This document shows positions 49,781 to 60,526 of a stretch of DNA of 64,000 nt, piece after piece. The translations under genes and the position numbers were made by a program. Source of the DNA: an uncultured Candidatus Saccharibacteria bacterium (GTDB lineage: Bacteria; Patescibacteriota; Doudnabacteria; UBA920); NCBI GenBank assembly GCA_964594755.1, contig CAZQMO010000001.1, forward strand, positions 169-64,168, read 5' to 3'. Below the pieces are notes generated by a model. The model searched no databases, was not told where the DNA came from, and saw only the letters and a program-made list of their open reading frames with translations. How positions within the stretch are numbered: the first letter of the stretch is position 1; each line of letters begins with the position of its first letter.

Positions 49781-49857
49781 TGGCGGGGACGACGGGACTC
49801 GAACCCGCGACCTTCTGCGTGACAGGCAGACGCTCTAACCAGCTGAGCTACGCCCCC
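49781..49857 (-). tRNA. tRNA-Asp (GTC), CCA encoded
   Basis: The reverse complement GGGGGCGTAGCTCAGCTGGTTAGAGCGTCTGCCTGTCACGCAGAAGGTCGCGGGTTCGAGTCCCGTCGTCCCCGCCA is a clean cloverleaf. Confidence 0.9.
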
Positions 49858-49880
49858 AGACATATGAATTTTAAAACCAG

Positions 49881-50094
49881 TGGTACCGGCGGTTGGAATT
49901 TAACCACCGACCTAAGGCTTGTTTACCCACTCACCAATACTCAAAGCTGGTAGCGGAGGGTGGGATCGAACCACCGACCTAAGGCTTATGAGTCCTTCGC
50001 TCTAACCAACTGAGCTACTCCGCCATAACATAATTAGATTAAGTATTGGTGGGTGGGTAAAGTCCTTCGCTCTAACCAACTGAGCTACGCCGGC
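49881..50094 (-). tRNA. interrupted (split) tRNA gene paralogous to tRNA-Met(CAT): 5' half and 3' half separated by a ~137-nt insert in the anticodon loop that contains a complete tRNA gene
   Basis: The 5' part GCCGGCGTAGCTCAGTTGGTTAGAGCGAAGGACT and the 3' part AAGCCTTAGGTCGGTGGTTAAATTCCAACCGCCGGTACCA have complementary acceptor strands (GCCGGCG/CGCCGGT). Both match the inner tRNA from D-arm through variable loop. The insert is bracketed by an 18-bp inverted repeat (50043-50060 vs 49923-49940, one mismatch). Confidence 0.6.
49948..50024 (-). tRNA. tRNA with CAT anticodon (elongator Met or lysidine-Ile2), nested inside the split tRNA
   Basis: GGCGGAGTAGCTCAGTTGGTTAGAGCGAAGGACTCATAAGCCTTAGGTCGGTGGTTCGATCCCACCCTCCGCTACCA. 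Fully paired acceptor, so not an initiator. Confidence 0.85.
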
Positions 50095-50242
50095 ACGTTT
50101 GAGTTTTTCTCCCAGATTGCTTGGGCCGACACTGAGCTCGTCGAAGTGGAGGTTAAGCGATTTGGGATAAGGGACAACATCCTGCAGGCTGCAGTGACTT
50201 CGAGAATTCGGAGGCACGGAAGCCGGAGGGATGATTGGCCCG

Positions 50243-50318
50243 TGGTTGCGGGGGTGGGATTCGAACCCACAACCTCAAGGTTATGAGCCTTGCGAGCTGC
50301 CAATTGCTCTACCCCGCG
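50243..50318 (-). tRNA. initiator tRNA-fMet (CAT), C1·A72 mismatch
   Basis: CGCGGGGTAGAGCAATTGGCAGCTCGCAAGGCTCATAACCTTGAGGTTGTGGGTTCGAATCCCACCCCCGCAACCA. Unpaired position 1/72 (C1·A72), typical of a bacterial initiator. Confidence 0.8.
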
Positions 50319-50377
50319 TCGTTAAGATACTTCGGAATTATATGATATTTTGCGATATTTTGCAACCCCTAACACAA

Positions 50378-50410
50378 ACACAAACCGCCCGGCCAAATTG
50401 GCGAACGGGC
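50378..50410 (-). terminator. terminator hairpin ccgcccg...cgggcgg
   Basis: Inverted repeat with a T-rich tract on the minus strand, just after the stop of the small basic protein gene. Confidence 0.6.
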
Positions 50411-50434
50411 GGTTATGTGACTAGAAGTGCAAAC

Positions 50435-50575
50435 CGATTAACGGCGGCGCTTCTTTGCAGCTTTACGCTTCTTTGCAGGGCGCTTTGCAGCTTTCTTAGC
50501 TGTGCGGCGCTTTGCAGTCTTCTTTGCTGCTTTTCGAGCAGTCTTCTTTGCTGCTTTTCTCTTTTTTGCTGCCAT
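50435..50575 (-). CDS. small highly basic Ala/Lys-rich protein (histone H1-like / AKKA-repeat nucleoid- or ribosome-associated)
   Basis: Hand translation gives MAAKKRKAAKKTARKAAKKTAKRRTAKKAAKRPAKKRKAAKKRRR*. SD GGGAGA 8 nt upstream and a terminator downstream. The annotated long ORFs here lie in other frames. Confidence 0.6.
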
Positions 50576-50759
50576 GGGTGGCTAGTCTCCCTGAAGTCAT
50601 CCACACAGATGACTTCTTAATGTTCTACTACTTAAAGCTCCGCTTTAAGGTTAGTAGTAAAAATGGTTACTCGTTTCTGTTTTCCTGATTTATTTTCGTT
50701 TCTTGTTTAACAAACTTTTCTAAGAACATTATATGTAATTTTTAAAAAGAAATCAAGAC

Positions 50760-51455
50760 TTAAACAAACTTTTTTGTTAAAAACTTTTTTACATTTTGCG
50801 ACGTGGCAAAGTTAATTTCTTTTTTGATTTTAGCTTTAGTTAATTGTTTAGTTAACTGTTCAAGTTCATTCATTGCTAACAAAGTTTGTGGTTCAATCTT
50901 GAGTTGATATGTTTTTGCAAAGCGCCACCCACGAATTATTCTTAACGGATCTTGTTGGAACTTAGTTTTTGGGTCGCCAATGCTTCGCAGAACTTTTTTG
51001 TTAAGATCATCTTTCGAGTTGAGTGGATCGAATAGTTGTAAAGTTTTTGCATTAAAATATAGGGAATTTATAGTAAAATCGCGACGTTTTACATCTAAAG
51101 CAATGCTTTGAGTGAACTTAATTTTGGGGAATCTAGAATCTGAATATTGGTCCGTGCGTAGAGTGGTAATCTGGATATCCTTGGTGCCAACTTTAACGAC
51201 AACTACTCCAAATTGTGAAGCTGATAAATCGAGTTTGAGTCCAGCCAGATTCAGGACTTTAGCAACTTGTGTTGGTGTTGCAGTGGTCACAATGTCAAAA
51301 TCCGCTATTGGTTTTCCCCAAATATAGTTGCGAACACTTCCACCAACAAAAAAACTTTTCGAAAAGTTTTCCACAAGCAAGTTGAAAACTTTTTTAGTTT
51401 GTTGGTGATATCTATTCTTTGCAACGAAGAATGGTTTGGAAGTTTTTTTTGTCAT
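50760..51455 (-). CDS. nucleotidyltransferase of the poly(A) polymerase / tRNA CCA-adding enzyme head-domain family (short form)
   Basis: FFVGGSVRNYIWGKPIADFDIVTTATP is the GG.VRD...D.D NTase motif. A neck region RIIRGWRF follows. Only 231 aa. Confidence 0.6.
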   Translation of the reverse strand: MTKKTSKPFFVAKNRYHQQTKKVFNLLVENFSKSFFVGGSVRNYIWGKPIADFDIVTTATPTQVAKVLNLAGLKLDLSASQFGVVVVKVGTKDIQITTLRTDQYSDSRFPKIKFTQSIALDVKRRDFTINSLYFNAKTLQLFDPLNSKDDLNKKVLRSIGDPKTKFQQDPLRIIRGWRFAKTYQLKIEPQTLLAMNELEQLTKQLTKAKIKKEINFATSQNVKKFLTKKFV

Positions 51456-51487
51456 AAAAATAAATCCCCGCTCACGCAGGGATAAAA

Positions 51488-51943
51488 TTATTCTTTAAAC
51501 ACACCTTCACTAGTAATGCTTCGAGTTTTGCGATGAGCATGTTTACGCGCAATGTTGATGCGAGTCAAGTTTTTACGAAGTAACCAGGCCGCGGTTGCGT
51601 ATTCTTCGTTGGCCAAGTGCTGCTTCTCCAAAAGTTTTTGGGCCGCTTCTTTAGCTTGTTCTGCTCTAGCCACATCAATCTCAAAGTAGTGCTCAGCGGC
51701 ATCCGCTAAAATGACGATTTGGTTGTCTTGTCGAACCTCAATGAACCCACCTGCCACATGGAGATAACGGTCATCTCCCCCATTTCTAGCAATTAACTCT
51801 CCTGATTCTAAAGTAGCTACCAAAGGGGCATGTCCAGGGAGAATGGTAATTTGACCCTCAGTGGTTGGACAACTTAAACTAGCGATTTCCTCAGAAATCA
51901 AGGTTCGCTCTGGAGTAATTAATTGAACTTGCAGTTTGGCCAT
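51488..51943 (-). CDS. atpC: F1 ATP synthase epsilon subunit
   Basis: Position at the operon end and beta-sandwich N-terminal sequence similarity. Confidence 0.85.
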   Translation of the reverse strand: MAKLQVQLITPERTLISEEIASLSCPTTEGQITILPGHAPLVATLESGELIARNGGDDRYLHVAGGFIEVRQDNQIVILADAAEHYFEIDVARAEQAKEAAQKLLEKQHLANEEYATAAWLLRKNLTRINIARKHAHRKTRSITSEGVFKE

Positions 51944-52021
51944 ACCTTTTTTATCCTGCTGTTAGCAAGGATTGATTATTTGTTTACAAGGTTCCCGCTT
52001 TCGCGGGGATGACTCGCTATC

Positions 52022-54287
<2,266 letters not shown>

Positions 54288-54318
54288 GTTTTATGTAATA
54301 TGTTCTTAGGAGGAATTA

Positions 54319-54485
54319 TGTCAAAACTGGACTTTATTAGTGCTGTCTGCGTTTTCATAGTAACAGCTTTAGTTATGTTGGGAATCGGTTGGTACTCAGG
54401 CCAACCAGTAGTAGGTCTGGCTGGATTATTTTTCTCTGGCTTGAGCTTGGCCTTACTCATCGTAGTTAGGCGCTCAAGTCGATGA
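54319..54485 (+). CDS. small two-TM membrane protein encoded antisense within the atpA–atpG spacer
   Basis: SD TAGGAGG 6 nt before the ATG. 55 aa with two hydrophobic helices. It lies between the atpA stop and the atpG start, on the opposite strand. Confidence 0.35.
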
Positions 54486-54499
54486 AAGGTGGTCTAAGC

Positions 54500-55999
54500 T
54501 TATCTCCAGCCTTGCTTGAATTTTTCGAGTGAGGCTTTTAATTTTGCTTCAATCTCTTCAGTTAATTCTTTTTGCTCCGCAATTCCAGAGAGAACTTCTT
54601 TACCTTGGGTGTCCATATATTCATATAAAGCCTTTTCGAATTCGCCTACTCGCTCAACTTCTACATCGTCCATATAACCATTGTTTACAGCATATAAAGC
54701 TACAACTTGCTTTTCCATAGCTACTGGGGAGTACTGTGGCTGTTTGAGCAATTGGGTTAAACGGCGACCGAGTTCTAGTTGTTGGCGAGTTGCTTCATCT
54801 AAGTCTGAACCGAATTGAGCGAAGGCTTCGAGTTCTCGGAACTGAGCCAAAGATAGCTTCAACTTTCCAGCAACCTTCTTCATCGCTTTGGTTTGAGCTG
54901 CTCCACCCACGCGAGATACAGAAGTTCCTACGTTTACCGCTGGTCGAACACCTTTGTAAAACAAATCGCTTTCAAGGAAGATTTGTCCGTCGGTAATTGA
55001 GATTACGTTTGTCGGAATGTAAGCCGAGATGTCCCCTGCTTGAGTTTCAATAATCGGTAATGCAGTAATTGAACCGCCGCCAAAATCTTTGTTGAGTTTA
55101 GCTGCGCGTTCTAGTAAGCGAGAGTGCAAGTAAAATACATCCCCAGGATAAGCTTCACGTCCTGGTGGACGACGAAGTAACAAAGAGATTTCACGATATG
55201 CTACAGCTTGTTTAGAAAGATCATCAAATACAATCAAAACATCTTTACCTTGGTCCATAAAGTATTCTGCCATGGCACAACCAGCATAAGGAGCGATGTA
55301 GGACAGTGCAGCAGGCTCACTGGCACCAGCTGAAACAATAATTGTGTAATCCATTGCGCCGCGTGCTTCTAATTCGGCCACAATTTTGGCAACTTTACTT
55401 TCCTTTTGCCCAACTGCTACATAGACACAAATCATGTCTTGGCCTTTTTGGTTGATGATAGTATCAATGGCTACCGCAGTTTTACCAGTTTGACGATCTC
55501 CAATAATAAGTTCGCGTTGTCCACGTCCCACTGGGATTAAGGCATCAATTGCTTTAATACCAGTTTGAACGGGTTGGTGAACTGACTGACGGGTGATGAC
55601 CCCTGGAGCAATTTTTTCTACGGGGTAATTAGTAGAGCTTTCAATTGCACCTTTGCCATCTTTGGCTACCCCTAGGGCACTAACCACACGGCCGATTAAC
55701 TGCTCGCCTACTGGAACAGACAGAATTTTACCAGTAGCTTTGACGATATCACCTTGTTTGATGTTTTCGAACGGACCAAGGATGATTGCACCTACACTGC
55801 GTTCTTCAAGGTTTAGAGCTACACCAAAAGTGCCGTGTCCGAAATCAAGCATTTCCATAGACTTCACTTCGGATAACCCAGAAATTTTGGCAATACCGTC
55901 CCCTACTTCAGTAACAGTACCAACGTGGCTAACAGAAGCTGCTGCATCAAAGCCCTCAATTTGACTTTTAAGTTTTTGAATAATTGTTTCAGTGTTCAT
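54500..55999 (-). CDS. atpA: F1 ATP synthase alpha subunit
   Basis: GDRQTGKT P-loop. 499 aa. Confidence 0.95.
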   Translation of the reverse strand: MNTETIIQKLKSQIEGFDAAASVSHVGTVTEVGDGIAKISGLSEVKSMEMLDFGHGTFGVALNLEERSVGAIILGPFENIKQGDIVKATGKILSVPVGEQLIGRVVSALGVAKDGKGAIESSTNYPVEKIAPGVITRQSVHQPVQTGIKAIDALIPVGRGQRELIIGDRQTGKTAVAIDTIINQKGQDMICVYVAVGQKESKVAKIVAELEARGAMDYTIIVSAGASEPAALSYIAPYAGCAMAEYFMDQGKDVLIVFDDLSKQAVAYREISLLLRRPPGREAYPGDVFYLHSRLLERAAKLNKDFGGGSITALPIIETQAGDISAYIPTNVISITDGQIFLESDLFYKGVRPAVNVGTSVSRVGGAAQTKAMKKVAGKLKLSLAQFRELEAFAQFGSDLDEATRQQLELGRRLTQLLKQPQYSPVAMEKQVVALYAVNNGYMDDVEVERVGEFEKALYEYMDTQGKEVLSGIAEQKELTEEIEAKLKASLEKFKQGWR

Positions 56000-56000
56000 A

Positions 56001-56393
56001 TTAGTTCTTTAAATCTTCTTCTAAATTCTCCAATTGCGTTTTGAGACTGGCATCAATTAAGGTGTCGTCTACGCGGATGACCACTCCGCCTATAATCTCA
56101 TCGTCTTTCACTTTGGTAACCTCAGTTTTAGTCTTGCTGAATTTATTTAGCTCTTTGAGTAAACTCGGAGCAACATTGGTATCACCTGCTGTGGTAACCG
56201 TTACTTGGCTGGTTTCATTTTTACTTCCGAAAATCTTTTCTACTTCTCCAACAATTTTTTCGTACGCAGCCAGATCGCCATTGTCAGTTAGCACTCTGAT
56301 GAAGTTATCGATCACTAAGTCCTGTTGTTTAGGTGCGGTTTTTTCCAACACACTCACCAAGCTTTCGGCGTATTGTTTGATAGTAAATTTCAT
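56001..56393 (-). CDS. atpH: F1 ATP synthase delta (OSCP) subunit, short
   Basis: Position between atpF and atpA. The C-terminal OSCP fold is similar. Confidence 0.7.
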   Translation of the reverse strand: MKFTIKQYAESLVSVLEKTAPKQQDLVIDNFIRVLTDNGDLAAYEKIVGEVEKIFGSKNETSQVTVTTAGDTNVAPSLLKELNKFSKTKTEVTKVKDDEIIGGVVIRVDDTLIDASLKTQLENLEEDLKN

Positions 56394-57034
56394 TAGATAT
56401 CCTTTAACGCCTGGTTAATTAGTTTTTGATCAGCTTTAGAATCGAGTTTTGATCTAAGCAGTTTTTCACTAGCTGCCACTACAATTTCAGCCAACTCACC
56501 TTGAGCTTCTTGTAACATCTTAGTTTTTTGCTGGGCTAATTCCAGCTGGGCTCGGTCGATAATGTCTTGTTGCTCAGCTTTGGTCTGTTCAATTACTTCT
56601 GCTTTAACAGCTTCTGCTTGGGTCTTAGCGGAACTAATTATTTCTGTAGCTTCTTGGCGAGCTTTAGTCATTTCGGTGTTACGCCAGGAATCAAACTCTT
56701 CCTTATCTTTAGTAATTTGATCAGCGTTAAGTAATGAGTCTTCAATCTTTTTGGTTCGAGCTTCCATGTTGCTAGTGACTGGTTTCCAAACCCATTTCCA
56801 AAGGACGAATAAGACAATCCCGAAGTTGATGAGTTGAGCGATAAACAGTTTCCAGTTAATTCCGAACATACCAACGATGCTATCGTCAACAACTTCTTTA
56901 GAATGGTCTTCTGACTCAGAGGTTGCTTCCGTAGTCGCTGCATCAGTAGGAGTTGCCGCAAAACTAATTTGAGCTGGAATCAATAATACACTAAAAGCAA
57001 TAAATAGAGATGTAAGGAGTTTCTTCATAAACAA
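56393..57034 (-). CDS. atpF: Fo ATP synthase subunit b
   Basis: N-terminal hydrophobic segment plus a long charged helix. Confidence 0.75.
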   Translation of the reverse strand: MFMKKLLTSLFIAFSVLLIPAQISFAATPTDAATTEATSESEDHSKEVVDDSIVGMFGINWKLFIAQLINFGIVLFVLWKWVWKPVTSNMEARTKKIEDSLLNADQITKDKEEFDSWRNTEMTKARQEATEIISSAKTQAEAVKAEVIEQTKAEQQDIIDRAQLELAQQKTKMLQEAQGELAEIVVAASEKLLRSKLDSKADQKLINQALKDI

Positions 57035-57085
57035 ACAATAATTTTCAAAGCCCAGGCCCGCAAGCTGCGGGACTGAATCTAAAAA

Positions 57086-57340
<255 letters not shown>

Positions 57341-57406
57341 TTAAAGTCCGTCGTACTTTAAGTATTAATCATCAGGCTGCAAGATTTACAGACTGATGAA
57401 AGACAC

Positions 57407-58261
57407 TTAAACAGTTGGGGTCGGTTCCAGATCTTCTTTGTGATCGCTGTGGTGACTTGCAACTTCAGTGGTTGCGACAGTTAGGTAAACCAAAGTAAGC
57501 ATAGCAAAGACTGTTGCTTGCACAACACCAACTAAAATTTCCAAGCCAATAAATGGAAGAGGTAAAATGAATGGCAGGATACCTGCTAACACTGTCAACA
57601 GCACTTCACCGGCAAAGACATTACCAAACAAACGCAATGACAGGGAGAGTAACTTTGCGACTTCGGAAACAATTTCGAGCATGCCTACAAAAAATTCGAT
57701 GATAGCAGTAAGAATCGCCATAGGTTGCATACTTTTCACCGCGTGCCATAAATCCCCTACTTTCACGAACTTGTTGAAATATTTAAAGAAACCGATCACG
57801 GCGATGCCGAGGAAATGAGAAACACTCACTGCAATGATTGCCATGGCTAATGTCATGTTTAAATCAGTAGTGGCTGGACGGAATAATGGTACTAATAGAA
57901 CTTCACCATGATGAACTAAGTAACGTCCAATACTGCCAATTCCTGGAAATAATCCAAGCCAATTGGAAACTAGAATAAAAAAGAATAAGGTTCCAACTAA
58001 CGGGAGGAATTGAATGGTTTTCTTGCGGCTTTGGGTGACGGTATCAAAATATTGGTAGAGTGTTTCCAGAATACTTTCAAAGAAGTTTAAGATACCGCGA
58101 GGAGCCTTACCCTCGCTTTTTTTATATGAGCGATATAACACAAACGCAAAGATAACGAAACCAACCATGGTAATGGTTGAGTTGATATGTGAATTTGTTA
58201 CCGCGAATTCTCCGATGTGAAAAATTGGTTCAGCAGCTAAAGGTGGTAATGATGCAGCCAT
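57407..58261 (-). CDS. atpB: Fo ATP synthase subunit a
   Basis: Polytopic. Conserved Arg in the penultimate helix (LSLRLFGN). Confidence 0.85.
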   Translation of the reverse strand: MAASLPPLAAEPIFHIGEFAVTNSHINSTITMVGFVIFAFVLYRSYKKSEGKAPRGILNFFESILETLYQYFDTVTQSRKKTIQFLPLVGTLFFFILVSNWLGLFPGIGSIGRYLVHHGEVLLVPLFRPATTDLNMTLAMAIIAVSVSHFLGIAVIGFFKYFNKFVKVGDLWHAVKSMQPMAILTAIIEFFVGMLEIVSEVAKLLSLSLRLFGNVFAGEVLLTVLAGILPFILPLPFIGLEILVGVVQATVFAMLTLVYLTVATTEVASHHSDHKEDLEPTPTV

Positions 58262-58262
58262 G

Positions 58263-58535
58263 TTAATCTATGAAGTCCTTGTATAAATCTGTTATTCTTT
58301 TATAAAACCAGAGTGTTGTAGCTGTTAAAGCTACGATCAACCCGCCAATCAACCAGAGTCTGTTGTTATATTTGTCTGCTAACCATCGGCCTAAAAAGCC
58401 AAATGTTAACAATGGTAGGAGAACTATAAAGGCAAACTGTAGAGCTATTGATAGCGATTTAGCAAAGGTAATTTGCTTTTGGTTTGCTTTAGATTGCTCC
58501 CCTGCTGACTGAGATTTGATTTCTAGTTTTTCCAT
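58263..58535 (-). CDS. AtpZ/AtpI-like small membrane protein at head of atp operon
   Basis: 90 aa with 2 TM helices and a conserved operon position. Confidence 0.6.
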   Translation of the reverse strand: MEKLEIKSQSAGEQSKANQKQITFAKSLSIALQFAFIVLLPLLTFGFLGRWLADKYNNRLWLIGGLIVALTATTLWFYKRITDLYKDFID

Positions 58536-58559
58536 TTATAATTGGTCGCGGATGCAGTA

Positions 58560-58625
58560 GACTGTCCCGCTTTTCGTTCGCTCTGGCAAAGCCAGGAGCT
58601 CATTCACCAAAGGAAGATGTCATCC
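58560..58625. repeat. family-R intergenic repeat (copy 4) cgttcgctctggcaaagccaggagctcattcac
   Basis: Near-identical 35-nt core to the 58805-58860 copy. Hairpin ctggc-aaa-gccag. Confidence 0.55.
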
Positions 58626-58705
58626 TTACGGATGTCTTTATAACGCAAAAATTCTAACAAAAAAAGCCTAATTTGGCAAGGCAGACGTTTTTTGGCAGGG
58701 TTGAC

Positions 58706-58757
58706 AATTTGTTGTGGAGCCGGCTGCCGGACTTGAACCGGCCACCTACGGTTTACG
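58706..58757 (-). pseudogene. 3' fragment (~50 nt, anticodon stem to CCA) of tRNA-Thr(CGT), duplicate of the full gene 190 bp upstream
   Basis: ACGGTATCGTAAACCGTAGGTGGCCGGTTCAAGTCCGGCAGCCGGCTCCA is identical to the 3' part of the 58897-58972 tRNA. The 5' sequence is unrelated. Confidence 0.6.
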
Positions 58758-58804
58758 ATACCGTTGTCGCTATATCATGGTCGCTGAGCGTCCGCCAACT
58801 GGCG

Positions 58805-58860
58805 GACTGCCCAGCTCCTCGTTCGCACTGGCAAAGCCAGGTGCTCACTCACTAAAGTAG
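58805..58860. repeat. family-R intergenic repeat (copy 5)
   Basis: gctcctcgttcgcactggcaaagccaggtgctcactcac. Shares its flanks with the 23.4-kb and 34.9-kb copies and its core with copy 4. Confidence 0.55.
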
Positions 58861-58896
58861 AAAGTGCAGCGGTAATGGTTTATAGTAATTATCAAA

Positions 58897-58972
58897 TGGA
58901 GCCGGCTGCCGGACTTGAACCGGCCACCTACGGTTTACGATACCGTTGCTCTACCAGATGAGCTAAGCCGGC
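58897..58972 (-). tRNA. tRNA-Thr (CGT), CCA encoded
   Basis: GCCGGCTTAGCTCATCTGGTAGAGCAACGGTATCGTAAACCGTAGGTGGCCGGTTCAAGTCCGGCAGCCGGCTCCA. Confidence 0.9.
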
Positions 58973-59010
58973 TAGTTACCAATTTGGTGGTAAAAAAGAA
59001 TTCTTGATTA

Positions 59011-59190
59011 TGGAGCGGAGTACGAGAATCTTCACCCTGTCACCTCTGGAGCGAGATACCGGAATCGAACCGGCGCTAGTTGCTTGGGAAGCAACCGTAC
59101 TACCATTATACGAATCTCGCTCAAAGGTGACAGGGCGGGCTCGCGTCTCATGCTTGGGAAGCACGCATACTACCACTGTACTAACTCCGC
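59011..59190 (-). tRNA. interrupted (split) tRNA-Gly(CCC)-like gene: intact acceptor/D/anticodon arms, T-loop interrupted by an insert carrying a complete tRNA-Gly(CCC)
   Basis: 5' part GCGGAGTTAGTACAGTGGTAGTATGCGTGCTTCCCAAGCATGAGACGCGAG. Then a 10-bp inverted repeat CCCTGTCACC/GGTGACAGGG (59126-59135 vs 59035-59044) flanking the inner tRNA. Then ..AAGATTCTCGTACTCCGCTCCA, which completes the T-stem (GCGAG/CTCGT) and acceptor (GCGGAGT/ACTCCGC). Confidence 0.55.
59047..59120 (-). tRNA. tRNA-Gly (CCC), nested inside the split tRNA-Gly
   Basis: GCGAGATTCGTATAATGGTAGTACGGTTGCTTCCCAAGCAACTAGCGCCGGTTCGATTCCGGTATCTCGCTCCA. Confidence 0.85.
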
Positions 59191-59241
59191 CTAACTTAAC
59201 TATTCTAGCAAAAGCCCTGCTCAGAAGAACAGGGCTGAAGT

Positions 59242-60156
59242 TTACAATAGTTTCAAACTAGATATCTTATTGAATTCATTCTCAAGCCAAGTACTAAAGT
59301 CGCTAGGTTCTAAAAAGATTTGTTGAATGTTATAACTTTTATCTGCGTCGTTTCCAGAGTTTTCCGTGATGGCATTAATGCGTAAAACGTGGATTCCATA
59401 TCTACTGGCAACAATTTTATTATCATTGATAGCTAAATCTTTGACCGCTTCTTGGAATTCAGGTAAAAGCTCGCTATACGGAACGAAACCACTATCTCCA
59501 GCAAACGCGTTACTAGCTAAATCATCGTTATTCGATTGCGCTACTGAATCAAATTCAGCACCGCTATCTAATTGTGCTAGTAAATCGCGGGCTTGTTCAT
59601 AGGCTTCAGGGTTTAATGATTCTTGTCGATTATGCCATAAGGAAAGATTTTCTTGAATGACAGTTTCCTTTAGTACCTCGTTTTTAAAAGTGGTGATATC
59701 AATTCCATAAGTTTTCTTAAGCTCGGCTTCCAAATCCTGTTCGCTCTGATTCGGGAACTGTTTTACAATTCCACTAAACGCGCTATTGAGATCTTCTGCA
59801 GTTGGAGTGACGTTATACCGAGCTGCGAGGGCTTCGGTCTTTTTTGTATTGATAAGTTGTTCAAGAATAGTATCTGTAAGATTGTCGATTTTTGAATCAG
59901 TACCTTCGAGTAAATCCTGAGCCAACGAAACACGGTTATACAATTCGGTACCAGTGATTACTCTAGCGTTAACTAAAGCCACTGGTAATGGAATAGTTTG
60001 AAAAACCTTTTCTTTTGTAGCATTGACTTGGCCAGTATAGAGCCAAGTTAAGAGTGCAACAAGAATAATGGTTATTACTCCGACAATGATTAGTAAGGAT
60101 TTCTTTGGCATCTTGTTGGGAGCTTGCTCAGTCATAGTTGTTTCGGCTTTTGTCAT
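59242..60156 (-). CDS. membrane-anchored peptidyl-prolyl isomerase (SurA/PrsA-like N-domain + parvulin domain)
   Basis: N-terminal TM. The C-terminal DSGFVPYSELLPEFQEAVKDL...SRYGIHVLRI resembles the parvulin G.H.I core. Confidence 0.5.
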   Translation of the reverse strand: MTKAETTMTEQAPNKMPKKSLLIIVGVITIILVALLTWLYTGQVNATKEKVFQTIPLPVALVNARVITGTELYNRVSLAQDLLEGTDSKIDNLTDTILEQLINTKKTEALAARYNVTPTAEDLNSAFSGIVKQFPNQSEQDLEAELKKTYGIDITTFKNEVLKETVIQENLSLWHNRQESLNPEAYEQARDLLAQLDSGAEFDSVAQSNNDDLASNAFAGDSGFVPYSELLPEFQEAVKDLAINDNKIVASRYGIHVLRINAITENSGNDADKSYNIQQIFLEPSDFSTWLENEFNKISSLKLL

Positions 60157-60160
60157 AAGT

Positions 60161-60526
60161 TTAGTTTATAAAAATGTATTCCCACCATTTAAGAAGATTT
60201 GATTGTTCTTGCGTTTGAGGTTGAACTTGACCAATCACCTGGTTTTCTGCTGGAAAGTTTACAACAATCTCTCCTTCTTTCTTTAAATTGAGCTGCATTC
60301 TAGCCAATTTTTCCTGGTATTCTGGAGAAGACAAGAAACTAATTGACTGTTGTAAGCGTTGGTTATTTTCTAGCAATTTTTGTTCTTCTGCTCGGAGTTC
60401 TGCTATTTCCTTATCGATTGCTTTTCTATCAGCATACTGTTTATATTCTAAACCTAAGGCACCACTTAGCGCAATAACCACAAGCCCAAGAAATAATTTT
60501 GAATGAAAGATCTTTGGTATTTTCAT
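60161..60526 (-). CDS. septum formation initiator family protein (FtsB/DivIC-like)
   Basis: N-terminal TM followed by a leucine-zipper-like coiled coil (EIAELRAEEQKLLENNQRLQQ). Confidence 0.6.
   Translation of the reverse strand: MKIPKIFHSKLFLGLVVIALSGALGLEYKQYADRKAIDKEIAELRAEEQKLLENNQRLQQSISFLSSPEYQEKLARMQLNLKKEGEIVVNFPAENQVIGQVQPQTQEQSNLLKWWEYIFIN

Noticed and set aside
50440-50560. Tandem nucleotide repeats (ctttgcag/ttctttgctgc...) as a possible CRISPR or VNTR array
   Set aside because: The repeats are codon-level AAKK repeats inside a small protein gene. There are no unique spacers.
49762-50620. ORF-track CDSs 49762-49953(+), 50002-50217(-), 50053-50286(+), 50085-50303(-), 50231-50620(+), 50413-50604(-)
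   Set aside because: They overlap clearly folded tRNA genes or the AK-repeat gene in the wrong frame. The GC-rich, low-stop tRNA and repeat sequence gives spurious open frames.
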